From the NCBI GenBank assembly GCA_951406725.2, contig OX597824.1:50778001-50842000 (forward strand): 64,000 bases of DNA. Reading direction: 5' to 3'. The DNA is from Octopus vulgaris. Lineage: Eukaryota. The stretch's first letter is position 1, and every line of letters begins with the position of its first letter. Positions 42,657 to 55,866 of this stretch are shown here, one piece after another. The translations under genes and the position numbers were made by a program. The notes under the pieces were generated by a model. That model saw only the letters and a program-made list of their open reading frames with translations, had not been told where the DNA came from and did no database searches.

Positions 42657-44143
42657 ACCGACAGGCAAACAGATAAATAGTTAGATAGATAAATAGATAG
42701 ATACACACATTTATATATTCATATATATCTATACATACATGTTGAGGTATATGCACGCCCCCACACAATATATGCTCCGTTTGCCAACTAAAGCTAATAT
42801 TACCTTTAGTCATTTATTGAAGGCTTCGTCTGTGCAATAACTTTAATCTAGATTGAATTGGCAGTTGGTTTTGTTGATGTCGTTCTTCTTACTCTTGCTG
42901 CTGTTATTGCTGTCATTGCTGCTATTATAACCCAACCTCCTCTTTACCTCTTTCCACCCTCTTTTCCTTTCTTTAGCTATTTCTTTCTTTCAATCTTTTA
43001 TTCTTTATTCTGCTTCCCCTTCTTTCCGTTCCTTTATTTCTTTATATTCCCGGCCGTATGTTTGTATGATTTATTTTTCCAGAGATTCTCCTGAAAAGTC
43101 GGCTCAATAGGAAAGTAATAATATTTCTATTAAAAAATCCACGTATACTTGTTTGCAAAATGTGTAGAAATGTACGCTTTTTAAGGAAGCACTGGCGTGG
43201 ATATCTGAGGTCTTGGGTGGATGTCTTAGTGTTGGTCTTCGCTGCGGTGATGTCAATATTTCTGTTGGTGTTGCTACTGGTGTCAGCGATACAATGTTGC
43301 TGTCGACGCTGGTGTTTGCGTTAATGCTAATTATGTCGACGTTGGTGATGTTGTTCTTGTTGTCGCTGTTGGTGATGCTGCTGATGTTGGTATTATTAGT
43401 GTTAGTGTTGACATTTGTGTTATTCATCTTAGTGGCAGATATTGTGGTCGAGCTGTTCGACGGGATTGTTGTTTGCTGGCCGTTGTTGTGGTTGTTGTAT
43501 AATTGTTATAAAGATTATTGTGATGGCTATGACTGTGATTGTTTGGTCACACAAGGCTGCTGTCGAGTGCTGTAATGGTAGGAGTATTGACAGTAATATA
43601 ATCGGAGTGACAGTTTTAATGATATTTGAGGTAGAGGTGGTGCTAGCGATATCAGAGAATGTTTGCGGTGGCGGAGGAGATTATTGTGGTATTAGCAGTG
43701 TTGCTTGCATTGGATTCTACGGCTATCTATGAGGTGATTATTAAGCGATATTAATGGTAACGTTAATAACATTGAGTGTCTTAATGGTTGTTTCAGCGTA
43801 CACCCCGGCCTTGATAAGAGTGGGAATATTGGAATATAGTTGTGTTGATTTCAGTGACGAGATTCACTGTTCTATTGGCAAGGATGATATTGGTTGTGAT
43901 GGTGATATTGTGGTTTCGTTTGTGAATACGGCATTATGGGGCAGCAGGCGGTTTATAGGGCCTAGACTAATACTAAACGAACCTTAATTCAGCTAAGTTG
44001 TATATATAAATTAATATATATATATATATACATGTATGTATGTATGTATGTATGTATGTATGTATGTATGTATATGTATATATACCTATATATCTATCTT
44101 TCGATCTATCTATTCACACACAAACACACACCCCAACACACAA

Positions 44144-44248
<105 letters not shown>

Positions 44249-44284
44249 CATACATGTATACATCCAGACAGTTTTTTTTTCTCT

Positions 44285-44380
44285 CCATCTGTTTCCTCTT
44301 TTCATTCCTCGAAAGGCTCGAAACGTGAAAGACTACTAATTTTCCTGAGCGTCAAATTAATACAACTTGTTTCGTCTTAA
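44285..44380 (+). mobile_element. Family H1 fragment (hammerhead 3' half GCTC-GAAA-CG-TG)
   Basis: GGCTCGAAACGTGAAAGACT...TTCCTGAGCGTCAAATTAATACA matches the reverse complement of 19385-19432. Confidence 0.6.
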
Positions 44381-44399
44381 TCATTCGCTTTTTTGTTTT

Positions 44400-44700
44400 C
44401 TTATATAATTTCAAACCATATATATGCGGACTTTAGATGTACAATAGACATAACTCTACTTTCACCACCAGTAAAATTCCCAATTGAGAAGGATATCAAG
44501 CAAGGTGATACTATCTCTCCAAAACTCTTTGCGGCGTGTCCAGAAATGGTAATCAAGGAGATCAACAGCACAGGTTGTGTGAACATTAATGGCTAAGACC
44601 CAATCCCCGATTCGTATATGACATTGTACTCATCGCTGAAACCCAAACCAGCTGTACACCATGTTGACAAGGTTGAACACTTAGAGTTTAGCAGTACAAA
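44400..44700 (+). mobile_element. RTE-clade LINE RT fragment
   Basis: IEKDIKQGDTISPKLF...NING, then RFVYDIVLIAE (GVRQGDTISPKLF and LRFADDIVL motifs). Confidence 0.8.
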
Positions 44701-44957
44701 ACAAAATTGGAAGATGGAGCACAAGGACAGATGGTGTTTAAAATTTACGACAGCCTTTTCGGTAGAATTCTATTAATGCATTCATAGATAGAGGATTACA
44801 TCAGAACATACAAAAACCACCATCAGTTAAAATTTTAAAGAGGTAAGATTAGAAATAATTGAGCTTTCTTCTAAGAATTTGGACATCAGTTGTGTTAGTT
44901 AATTCGAACTAAACATTTGAATATATAGGAGAATTAAGTGTGGCTAAAACGGGCATA

Positions 44958-45949
44958 TCTATTATATAAAATCCGGTTTGTCTGTGTGTGGGTCTTCTAG
45001 GATCTCGGGCATCCTCCATCCGATTGCGCTCAAATTTGATATGTAGATACCGACGGTATCAGAGCGTGTATAACTCTTGAAAAAATTACAAGAATTGATT
45101 CCAGGTGATAATGCGATCAATAAAGCCGCGGGAACGTGCATTTGTACGTGCAAGTACATCAGCTGCTGCCACTAGCTTTTCTATGCCCTTGAACATCCCG
45201 TAAAGTAAATTAACTTAAAATTAGTTACTTAGTTCCCTAGGTTGTTGCTTTTCAGCAAAAATCGCCCCATGTTGATTTCCTACATGCTTTATCGGATAAA
45301 TTTATTATTGTCCCAGGTACGTTCTCATAAATTCATCATGCTTTTCCATCTAGATTTACCTCCAGCTAACCCATTTGCATGCAATCGTTTTTGTCCTGCT
45401 TTTCTTCCGTCAACCTGTACATAAATGCACCTTCCATTTTTTGTTGTTTTTGTACTGTTTCTTTCCTGCCAAGCTTACTGTTTAAACCATGTTTGTGCTC
45501 TCCCAGTCAATAGCCTTATCATTACTGGTATTTTAAACTCTTCAGTTGCATATTTGTGTGAATAAAATCGTTTTTCTTTGGAATAGAAAAAAGTCTATCT
45601 TTATTTCTTCTTTTGCTGGTGTCTCAAATTTAGGTTAAATCAGTGTTTCTCTAAGGGGAGGCCTACAGGACGGTCGGACAAGTTGTTTTGAGAAAATTTA
45701 GTTGAAATGTTTGACAACTCAGCACCGTTCATTGGACGGGGGTGGGGGTGATTTGCCCGTCTTATAAATAAATGTGTAATGCAAGGATTACCTTACTATC
45801 CGGTTACATTACAAAATCAGATTGATATTTCGAAATATATTACGATTTCTTTTTACAAACACAGCTACCAAACTATAAACGAACACAAGGGGGTTCTAAA
45901 CACTGGGTATATGACGTGTCCTATATACCGCATCACAGAGTGGGGTGGG

Positions 45950-45984
<35 letters not shown>

Positions 45985-46017
45985 AAAGAAAATTTGTATG
46001 TGTGAGTGTGTTGTGTT

Positions 46018-46065
<48 letters not shown>

Positions 46066-46964
46066 TAAATGCAAGCTGTCTATTTGGATGTGTGTTTGTG
46101 TCAAGTTGCCGTGAGACTGCATAAATGTTCAAGTAACATCCAGTTTGTTACTAGGCTCATTGAAGTTTAATAAAAATCTATAATTGGATGGTTAAGGACC
46201 ATATATAACCAATATATTTTCCTTTAACATCCTAGGGAAATAACCCATTTATTTCCCTTTGATAACCCTAAACACTACCAACCTTAAAGTTAATGATCAT
46301 TTGTTTATTTATGCCCCACAAGAAAGCACCAAACTCTTTGTTTATCACGAAGCTCTGCAAACTTAATAAGATTCACCAAATCATCCGGTATCTATTATTT
46401 AACTGCAATATTTGTGTTGTAAATGTATTGATAATATATATGTTATTTTATTTTAAAATCTATATGCAAATTTATTTGTATGTCTACTGTAAAACTAAAT
46501 GTCAGTCTGTTTCTACATTCATTGTAAATCTAGTTCAACACTAGTGCCCCTAGAGGTTATATTCTTTGGGAATACACAAAAGCCTTTTTCAGAGTTATTT
46601 ACTTTGGATTGATATTATCTCATATCCGATTAGACTGTTATTACGTAACATGCCATATTGGTATTTCCTCGTAAGTTCTATATACTCTGGGAACACATTA
46701 AAGCCATTTTCGGGGCTACTTTATTTGAATTCTTACTATTGGGTGACGAATTTCATGGTATTATGTAACTGACTTCATGATTTGGGTATTCATAACTTAT
46801 TGGGATTTCCCAAAAACAAGTTCGGTATTCTCTATAAATGCACAAAAACTGTTTTAATGGTTAGATACTTTGTATTGTTGTTATTGGATTAGCGAAACAG
46901 TTTATGAGAACGGGACCAAGGGATAAGCCCCGCTTTTCTGGGAATTACCGGGTACCTCAGCTAG
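44958..46964 (+). mobile_element. Non-autonomous Helitron (about 2 kb)
   Basis: 5' A|TCTATTATATAAAATCCGGTTTGTCTGTGTG; 3' subterminal hairpin-like CTGGGAATTACCGGG then TACCTCAG-CTAG|T; that both ends belong to one element is inferred. Confidence 0.65.
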
Positions 46965-46970
46965 TATATA

Positions 46971-48204
46971 CAGGGGTTGGATAAGATAATGGAAACAACT
47001 TAAAATTTCAAACAGATCTTTCATATGTACCGCCTTTGGCAGTAATTACAGCTTGAATTCTACGAGGTATGGACTCGTATAAAGTTTGAATTGTTTCCAA
47101 AGGAATTTTATCCATTCTTCAGCTAAAACAGTCTCCAGTTCTTGTAGTGATGTTCTTCTAAAATGCACCGTAAATGTTCCATAATGTTGAGATCTGGAGA
47201 CTGTGGTGGCCAGATAAGATATTCAACTTCACTAGAATGTTCCTCGTGAGTTCAGTAACAACTTTAGCTGTGTGAATTGGTGCATTATCATCCAGAAAGA
47301 TTGCGTTTCCTTCCAGAAACAGTTTCGCAACCAGAAGATGAATTCGATCAGATAAAATGCTTAAATAGTCTTGACTATTAATTCTGCCATGAAGGGAAAC
47401 CATTGGGCCGGCAGATTTCCAAGATATAGCCCCCCAACCAGATCATCACAGATCCTCCTCCATGTTTAACAGTTGGAAGAAGGCAGTCTGGGTCAAATGT
47501 TTCTTCTGACTGTCTCCACACGTATACTGGGCCGGTGGTCTGAAATAAGGTAAAGGATGACTCGTCCGAAAAAATAACATACTTCCACTGCTTGAGGGAC
47601 CAATTCTGTAGGTTTTTACCCCACTGTAACGGCTTTGCAACGTTTGTTTTTGAAAGTAGTGGTTTTCTGATTGCGGCTCTCCCGTGAAATCCGGTTTTGT
47701 GCAGCTTCCGGCCAACAGTTCTTGTGGGAAGTAGGTTCTTGAGGTAGTGATTAAGCTCTGCAGTAATTTTGGGAGCTGTACTATCGTGATCTTTTCTAAC
47801 AATTCGTGTAAGAGCCCGACTATCTCTATCTGAAAGTTTTAGCTTTTTTTCCGGAGTTTTGTTTCGACGAGGTTTTTTTCCCCTCTTTCTCAATGGCTAT
47901 CATTACTTTCGAGACAGTACTTCTTGATACACCGAACATTTCGGCTTTTTTCGTTATTATAGCATCTGCTATACGAGTACCAACAATTTGACCTCTTTGA
48001 AAGTCCGATACATCTGTCATTTTAATGAATCTTAATTACCTTTTTTTGATGATATCTGAAAAGAAACAGCAATTTTAGCAAATCATTAATCAACGCTAAT
48101 AATAAATCAAAAAACATAAAAATAAACAAGCTTTTGACGGTTTTATAGATATTTCAAAATTATGATGCTATTATGCTAGGTATTCCCATTATTTTGTCCA
48201 AACC

Positions 48205-48207
<3 letters not shown>
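46971..48207 (-). mobile_element. Full-length Tc1-family DNA transposon (DD34E), 1237 bp, TA-flanked
   Basis: TIRs CAGGGGTTGGATAAGATAATGGAAA and CAGGGTTTGGACAAAATAATGGGAA; TA on both sides. Confidence 0.93.
47030..48020 (-). pseudogene. Tc1 transposase, frameshifted
   Basis: MTDVSDFQRGQIVG...AEMFGVSRSTVSKV, RKPLLS, VIFSDES, KHGGGSVMIW, FLDDNAPIH, WPPQSPDLNIMEH. Confidence 0.92.
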
Positions 48208-48257
<50 letters not shown>

Positions 48258-48261
<4 letters not shown>

Positions 48262-48685
48262 CCACTGGTAGCGGAGAATTTTTCTAGAATTAAAAAAAAA
48301 TTTTTTTTGCTACCCTAAGATTTATTAATTAATGATAAAAGGCTTTTTGATTAATTTTGAAAGAAAATCAGCAATTATATTTACTGCTGAAAAAACCACG
48401 CGTGCGTGGTGGATTTTGAAAAGTTATAGAATATAGATTCGAGGCATGGTCCTTATCGCCTCGTGCCTATATGTTAGCCTTGGCTTCCTGCTGAAGATGG
48501 CATTTTATTTTATTTACAAAAGATTGCCGAAACTATGCATAGTCCAGGAAAGATAGGGTAAACGTTTTTATTTCTCTTTCCCTTTCAGAATTACAACTAT
48601 TAGTGGTTTGGAGTTTAACTGCTCTTTCGTATATATACATACGTCACTAAAAGTTGTAAAATTGCTAATTAGTCACTCATATTAT
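48258..48685 (+). mobile_element. About 430-bp non-coding module between TA tracts carrying a hammerhead
   Basis: Begins ACCACTGGTAG...TACCCTAAGATTTATTAATT (motif shared with 42170 and 56271); TA tracts on both sides. Confidence 0.6.
48485..48550 (+). ncRNA. Type I hammerhead ribozyme motif
   Basis: TTCCTG-CTGAAGA-T-GGCA...TGCC-GAAA-CTATGCATAG-TC^CAGGAA: 6-bp helix I, intact core, palindromic helix III, GUC triplet. Confidence 0.85.
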
Positions 48686-48686
48686 A

Positions 48687-48740
<54 letters not shown>

Positions 48741-48748
<8 letters not shown>

Positions 48749-49451
48749 TGAGAATGTGTGTCTGTCTGTGTGTTTCCCTAAAACTTGAGAACTACACAAC
48801 CAATTTCATTCAAATTTTACACATGCCTTACTTAGGGTCCGGGGAGTGTCATCGGCAAAACAAAATGTTCAACTTTTTGCCTAGAGTGAGCCCATAGCAA
48901 TATCATATCTTCTCCACTATTTCAGTATTACGTGTTAAAAGTGAAACAAAAATATTTCTCTATTTTATGTCAGATGCTTTCACTTTAACAATACAAATAA
49001 TAATAACAATTGAATTATATGTAGTAAGTAATAATTAAAATCAAACTAAAGTATAATATAATCGTAACATACAAAAGTAAAAATAGCAATTGGTATAAAA
49101 CTGCATCAATGATTTGAACTTGAATAAGTGGTTTCACATGAATGGGAATAATTAAAAATAAAATTAGCGTGCAGAAATGGAATAGTCCAGATGGATAATA
49201 AAAAATTAAATTAAAGAAAAGACTATTATCTATAAAGTATACAATATAGAGAAAAAAGAAGAGCTAACAATTCCAGTCTGTTATATATTTTGAGTATTGT
49301 TATCACTAGCGATATCAAGATATAACTTTGTATTTTGCATTTTATGTGTAGATGTATATATAAAGATGTACATGTAATATGTACACACATATATACACAT
49401 ATATACATGCACTAGCACTATGACCCGGCAACGACGGGTCTTTAATGCTGG
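48741..49451 (+). mobile_element. Non-autonomous Helitron (about 700 bp)
   Basis: 5' (TA)nTATAAAACTGAGAATGTGTGTCTGTCTGT...CCAATTTCATTCAAATTT, similar to the 44958 5' end; 3' hairpin GACCCG-GCAACGA-CGGGTC then TTTAATG-CTGG|T. Confidence 0.75.
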
Positions 49452-49459
49452 TATATATA

Positions 49460-49986
<527 letters not shown>

Positions 49987-50289
49987 TATATACATATATA
50001 TATACATATATATTCACACACACACAAACAACAAATGCACAAACTCACAAGCAAAAGGTCGAAAGAAGTGAATTCAAAGTTTCAGGTTACTGACAAAATT
50101 CTGACACATTGGTATCAACCTCCTTTTTCTAATTGGTCACTCTACTTGCTAGAAATGACAAGAAAATTTTCCTCTAGCGACACTACCGTTTTACCAGCAA
50201 TAACAATATTAACGATGGTGACATGAAACGAATTTCAGTTATCATCATGCGATACCAGAGTCGAAATCTTTTCTCTCGGCCGATTTACC

Positions 50290-50478
50290 CCATAACGTTT
50301 GTGGGAAGGGATAAGTCGATCACATCAGCCCCAGTGCTGAACAGGTACTTATTTTATCGACTTCGAAAGGATGAAAGGCAAAGTCGACCTCGGCAGAATT
50401 TCTACTCAGAACTTTCAGACGGAAGAAGTGCCGCTAAACATTTCGTCCGTTGTACTTACGATTCTGCCAGCTCACCGC
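50290..50478 (-). mobile_element. SINE family B
   Basis: GGTACTTATTTTATCGAC.TCGAAAGGATGAAAGGCAAAGTCGACCTCGGCAGAATT...ACGATTCTGCCAGCTCACCGC. Confidence 0.88.
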
Positions 50479-50987
50479 TTCGGTGTCTCGTACATTAACA
50501 GCATGAACTAAATGAACTTGAAAGCTTACGAAGAAATATATTGACAAAACTACTTATGATTCTCGGAAAGATCAATGGAGTGTGCTGACTGTGTGGAAAT
50601 AACGGAGAAAAGAATTTAGCTAACATTCAATAACTCACGTAGTGTGCACTTGCAGTAAGAAGGACATCAGTAAGACATGCGTACTACGTGAGCTTTGATT
50701 TCAGTTAGTGACAGGCATTTGAGGGGAGCCTTTCAAGACTGAAGTTCACATTAAAGTGGCTAATGGTGATGGATGTGAGCGTATAAACAGATCAATCATC
50801 AAAAACAATTACAAATAACTTGTCTATTTTACGTTATCAACCGACATCTGTTCTCAATGACTGACTCCTATGTAATCGGAACAATATCTGTCATGTAACG
50901 ACCAGCGTTTGTATTCGACGTATAAAATTATCGAATGATCACGTATGTTTCATTGAAGCTTCCTTCTTTTAATATCTATTCTAGCTA

Positions 50988-51182
50988 GGCGGCGAGCTGC
51001 AAGATTCGTGAGCACTCCAGACAAAATGATCAGCTGGATTCCATCCATCTTTACTTTCTGCGGTCAAATTCCACCAAAGTGGACTTTGCTTTCAAACTTT
51101 TGAGGTCAATGAAACACTGGGGTCGATATAATCAATTAGTCTCCTTCTCCAAAATTTCAGGCCTTGTGACAAAATTTGAGAC
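50988..51182 (+). mobile_element. SINE family B
   Basis: GGCGGCGAGCTGCAAGATTCGTGAGCAC...CACTGGGGTCGATATAATC...CAAAATTTCAGGCCTTGTG. Confidence 0.8.
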
Positions 51183-51194
51183 CCCAATGCTTAT

Positions 51195-51282
51195 CTTCAA
51201 ACCTGGTTCTATCGGTCTCTTATTGCCAAACCACTCGATTACAGGACACCCGTCGTGTAGCGATGGTGGGGGAGACACACAC

Positions 51283-51332
<50 letters not shown>

Positions 51333-51990
51333 GTATATAACCTATAGAGAAGATTTATAAGCAGGGATAATTATGCTATTTCTTTGTAGACTGAAAAAGA
51401 AAAAAAAATTGAAAGACTTTAATCAATTTTTGAATGTTATTGAGTTCACCTCGGGAGGAACTACAACAATTTGACCAACAACAATAGAGCAAGCTACTGC
51501 TCTATTTATATATTCAACAACTTCTGTGGCTATAAAGAAAAGGGCCCGCTAATTTGCATACTGTATTACCATTTTACTTAATATCAAGGGCCTATCAGAG
51601 GGAAACACAGTCCACACAGAATCAAGGTATAATATTAATATATGTGACCAATATACTACACTTATAAACGGGGCTAATTTAGCTATTTCTGTAGATTGAA
51701 AGAACGATGTACAACCTTAATCAATTTTCGAATCTTATTGGTTTCTCAAAAGAAGCGTCCACATCAATTTGACCAATCCTAGAGAAACAAGTGGCCAGTT
51801 TGTTTATATACTCAATAATTTCAGCAGCTACAGAAACTGGAGCAATTAATGCCGTACGTGTTAACACTCACAAGGTTTTGGTCGGCCTGGGGCTATAGTA
51901 GAAGACACTTTCCCAAGGTGCCATATTGTTCGACTGAGACAGGAACCATTTGATTGGAAATCAAACTTCTTACCACTAAGCCACGCCTAT
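51195..51990 (-). mobile_element. SINE family A split by an insert of about 520 bp (51340-51860)
   Basis: 3' part at 51195-51275 and 5' part at 51865-51990 (CACTCACAAGG.TTTGGTCGGCC...CCACGCCTA). Confidence 0.7.
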
Positions 51991-52077
51991 ATATCTATAT
52001 ATACATAAATAAATACATGCATATATTCTTACATACATGCATACATACATGCATACATACATACATACATACATACA

Positions 52078-52136
<59 letters not shown>

Positions 52137-52639
52137 TATTACAGAGAATCAGTAAGAAAGATAGAGACACAGGTAGACACATACATATATACAAATGAAT
52201 GTATGTCTATTGTTTGACCATTGGATATGTTAAGTGATAGTGTCCACATTTTATTGTACTTACCATGTGGGACTATCAATGCTGACCGGTCGCAGGTGGT
52301 GTGCGTATATTAGTATCAATTTCCTCTACGGAAGACTCTTAGCGTGCTTCAATGGATACAACAGACACTTACACGCACACACACACACGAATCATATATA
52401 TGCATATCATATATGTTAGTGTGTGTGTGTGTGCGCGTGTTTCATATATGTATGTATGTATGAATGTATGTATGCATGTATACATGTATGTATGTACGTA
52501 TATGAGTATGAATCTACTTGCATAAAAAATAAAACCAGGAAAACACACACTTCCATGCAAATAGAAATGAACAGATGTATTCTACATAATGCGTTATACT
52601 TATTTATATTTACATTATGCATATATACGTAAGGACACA

Positions 52640-52746
<107 letters not shown>

Positions 52747-52780
52747 AACATGGATATGTAATTCTGTGTTCTGATTTTTA

Positions 52781-52817
<37 letters not shown>

Positions 52818-52835
52818 TATATACACACAGATACT

Positions 52836-52867
<32 letters not shown>

Positions 52868-52916
52868 CATAGATACGTACGTACATACGTGTGTGTGTGT
52901 GTAAAGTAAAATAGAG

Positions 52917-52957
<41 letters not shown>

Positions 52958-52978
52958 GAGAGAGATAGATAGATAGAG

Positions 52979-53045
<67 letters not shown>

Positions 53046-53619
53046 CAGACAGACGGAGAAGGACTATACTTCTTCAAAGATGTATATACAACTGATTATG
53101 TATGCGTGTACGATGTCCTCTATACACAAAAAGCTAAACAATGTATAGTGTATTGCGTTTCAGTAATGGTAATTGTACATTGTTTATCCTAGTGGGCCCT
53201 CCCTACATGCTTACAAGCCTTTTGTATGTGCTTGTATATTGTTGAGTATCTTTCTTATTGTCTCTGACTTTGTATCCGTTTTATCTTAAATAAATGATAT
53301 AGTCATTATTTTTTGTTTTAAATGATATAGTCATTTTTTTGTTTTGCAGGCATATATATTCATTTATGCTATTCTCAATGTCACTGCCTCGGTCTACGCT
53401 TGATCTAGGAATGCAACTCTGTCAAACAGACGAGCTGTTGACAAGTGATTTCAGGAAACGACGACAACACCTGCTCATTATCAACGAAGCACTGGATATG
53501 TCATAGCTTCACTGCGTGCCTGCGCATCATCAGCCACATCACAATCTCTAAGCAATGAAGTTGACAGTAGATGGAACATAAGGCATGTGGGACCCGTTCC
53601 CTCTTCAGAAAGCGGAAGA

Positions 53620-54450
53620 ATAAGCACTCCATGGCACGACAGTCAATCGGTTGTAGATTAAGGATGCGGTGTAAACTTTCGCCATCTTACACTACCTTTT
53701 AAGGATAGCTACCTTTCTGCCTAATTCTGAGTGAGATTCGTCTCCCTGTTCTTGATTTTTGTCCACCTAGACCAAGCTAAACCTTAATGAATTTAACCAA
53801 GCTATTGGATGGTATGAACCTGCTTTTCCAGGTGCGTTGTTGCAGGTCCAACAATTTCTCCTAGTTAGTTTTTGCTTCTTTTACTGCTTCGTACTCCCTC
53901 AGAGCAATGCTGAACATATTGTTGTGACTGGTTTCCTACAGCGTTACAGTGTCATCATCCATCTATACTGACACAACTCTCCTACTTTAGGCAGATGTCT
54001 CTCGAAACCTCTAAATTTCCCGGTAGTGGCTCGAGCGCCAGCACGTACGGAAGAGGGGAAAGGGGACAACTTTGACCGTCATAGCGCATCATGCGCAACG
54101 GTTCTGACAGGTGGCCATTTACGCTAATCTCCGAACCGCGGTCGCTGTATATTGCAGCGATCCAGCTTTTAAAGACGGGGCCGAAACCCACTGCTTTCAG
54201 GACAGCTGCGAAATACTGAAAGTAACCAATAGAAAGCATTCAATTGATCTAAATTCTCAGGGCCCTAAATATGTTAGGCTATATACCCACTCTTTCTATG
54301 ATGAATTGCATGAAGTGGAGGTTGTCGTAGATAGGTTTGATTGGGATAGCGCATGTCTGTGCACTAGTGAGTAGAGGTTCGACGACAAGCGCCAACCTCT
54401 TGGCAAACACCTTGCTCAAAAACACTGTATTTACCATGCTTCGGGACTAC
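53620..54450 (-). mobile_element. L1/Tx1-clade LINE RT remnant
   Basis: GFGPVFKSWIAAIY...VNGHLSEP...GQSCPLSPLPYVLALEPL (RQGCPLSPLLY.LALEPL) and a YADD-like GTATAGATGGATGATGAC just downstream. Confidence 0.85.
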
Positions 54451-54643
54451 TATTTGTCAAAAGCATTCACCAATATTAATAACTACAGCAGTAGCAACAG
54501 CAGCAGTAGCAGCAACAGCAGCAACAGCAACAGCACCAGTAGCAACAACAGTAACGGCAGCAGCAACAACATACCTACAATAACAATAACAACAACTACT
54601 ACTACAGCAGTAGTAGCTGCAACAACAACACTAATAATAATGC

Positions 54644-54803
54644 TTTCAAATTTTGGCACAAGGCCAGCAAGTTTGAGGAGGGTGTCATTCGATTACATCG
54701 AGTCCAGTGCTCAACTGGTACTTATTTTATCGACCCTTAAAGAATAAAAGGCAGATCGACCTCGGCAGAATTTTAACTCAGAACGTAAAGATGGACGGAA
54801 TGC
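54644..54803 (-). mobile_element. SINE family B, 5'-truncated
   Basis: TTTCAAATTTTGGCACAAGGCCAGCAA...CAACTGGTACTTATTTTATCGACCC...GACCTCGGCAGAATT. Confidence 0.85.
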
Positions 54804-54835
54804 TAAATAACAACAACAACAACAACAACAACAAC

Positions 54836-54868
<33 letters not shown>

Positions 54869-54869
54869 C

Positions 54870-55355
54870 TAGCACAAAATCTCTCCCTAATCAAGGCTCG
54901 GAGACCAGGTATTGTGGTAGAAAGAGAGAAAAAGAAATCAAGATTATAGATATTACAATACCTGGAGATGCACGCATAAGTAAGAAAGAACTAGAAAAGA
55001 TTGAAAAGTACAGACTACTAAAAGACGAAATTACAAGAATGTGAACTATGAGGAGAGTGTCTGTTATTCCAGTAGTTGTAGGTGGAGGCGGAGCACAAAC
55101 AATCAAGTTCGAGAAATATGTCAAAGAAATCAGAATTGATATGAGAGCAGAGCAAGCCCTAAAAACTGCTCTGCTGGGGATAGCTAGGATTTTGAGATTG
55201 ATACTTGGATGTTGAATGTCTCCCACGTTAATTGATAATCAAGTATCAAAGCTTATGTGCATAAAGAGGTCCATTTAGACCTATGACAGGAGCCTGCTGT
55301 TCGTTCTCATAGAATCTACCAGAACAAACAAAACCGAACGTTCTAAGAAGTAAGG
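54870..55355 (+). mobile_element. R4/Dong-type LINE 3' end (REL endonuclease) within (AAC)n/(AAT)n
   Basis: IKARRPGIVV...IIDITIPGD...KELEKIEKY..LKDEI...VIPVVVG...LKTALLG (PD..D, K..KY motifs); flanked by AAT/AAC repeats. Confidence 0.85.
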
Positions 55356-55791
55356 TAACAACAACAACAACAACAATAATAATGATGATGATGCAGTACC
55401 AGACACTTGCTCTGATGGAAGTGTATGGCACTGATTGGAAGTGTTATCATGTACATGTTTTGTCTTGTGGATAGGCTACAGTAACTATTTTGTTCAATAC
55501 AACAGATTTACTTGACAGTTGCTTGGCCTTAACCAGTTGAGCATGTTCCTTAGTGGCGGATCATATGTGCATCTCTGATCACAATAAGAAGTACTTGGGG
55601 AATATCATAGTGTTGAGAGAAATTCTTTGGATTTGTATAATTCACCTCTGGAAAAATTGGGCCCCAACTGCAAGCTCTGTATATTTTATCCCAGTGTCAT
55701 TTTGATGGCATGCGCTGCTCTCCCATTCAATAGTAGTAGTAGTAGTAGCAGCAGCAACAATAGCAGCAGTAGCAGCATATATATATATATG

Positions 55792-55861
<70 letters not shown>

Positions 55862-55866
55862 TACAT

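Noticed and set aside
43104-43990. Hydrophobic V/L-rich ORFs resembling membrane proteins
   Set aside because: Decayed GTT/GGT/GAT-rich low-complexity sequence; overlapping frames with no family motif
51373-51860. Conserved in-frame TGA (I*P) in both duplicated units as Sec or Trp recoding
   Set aside because: Frames upstream disagree between the copies and no SECIS is evident; explained by nucleotide-level similarity
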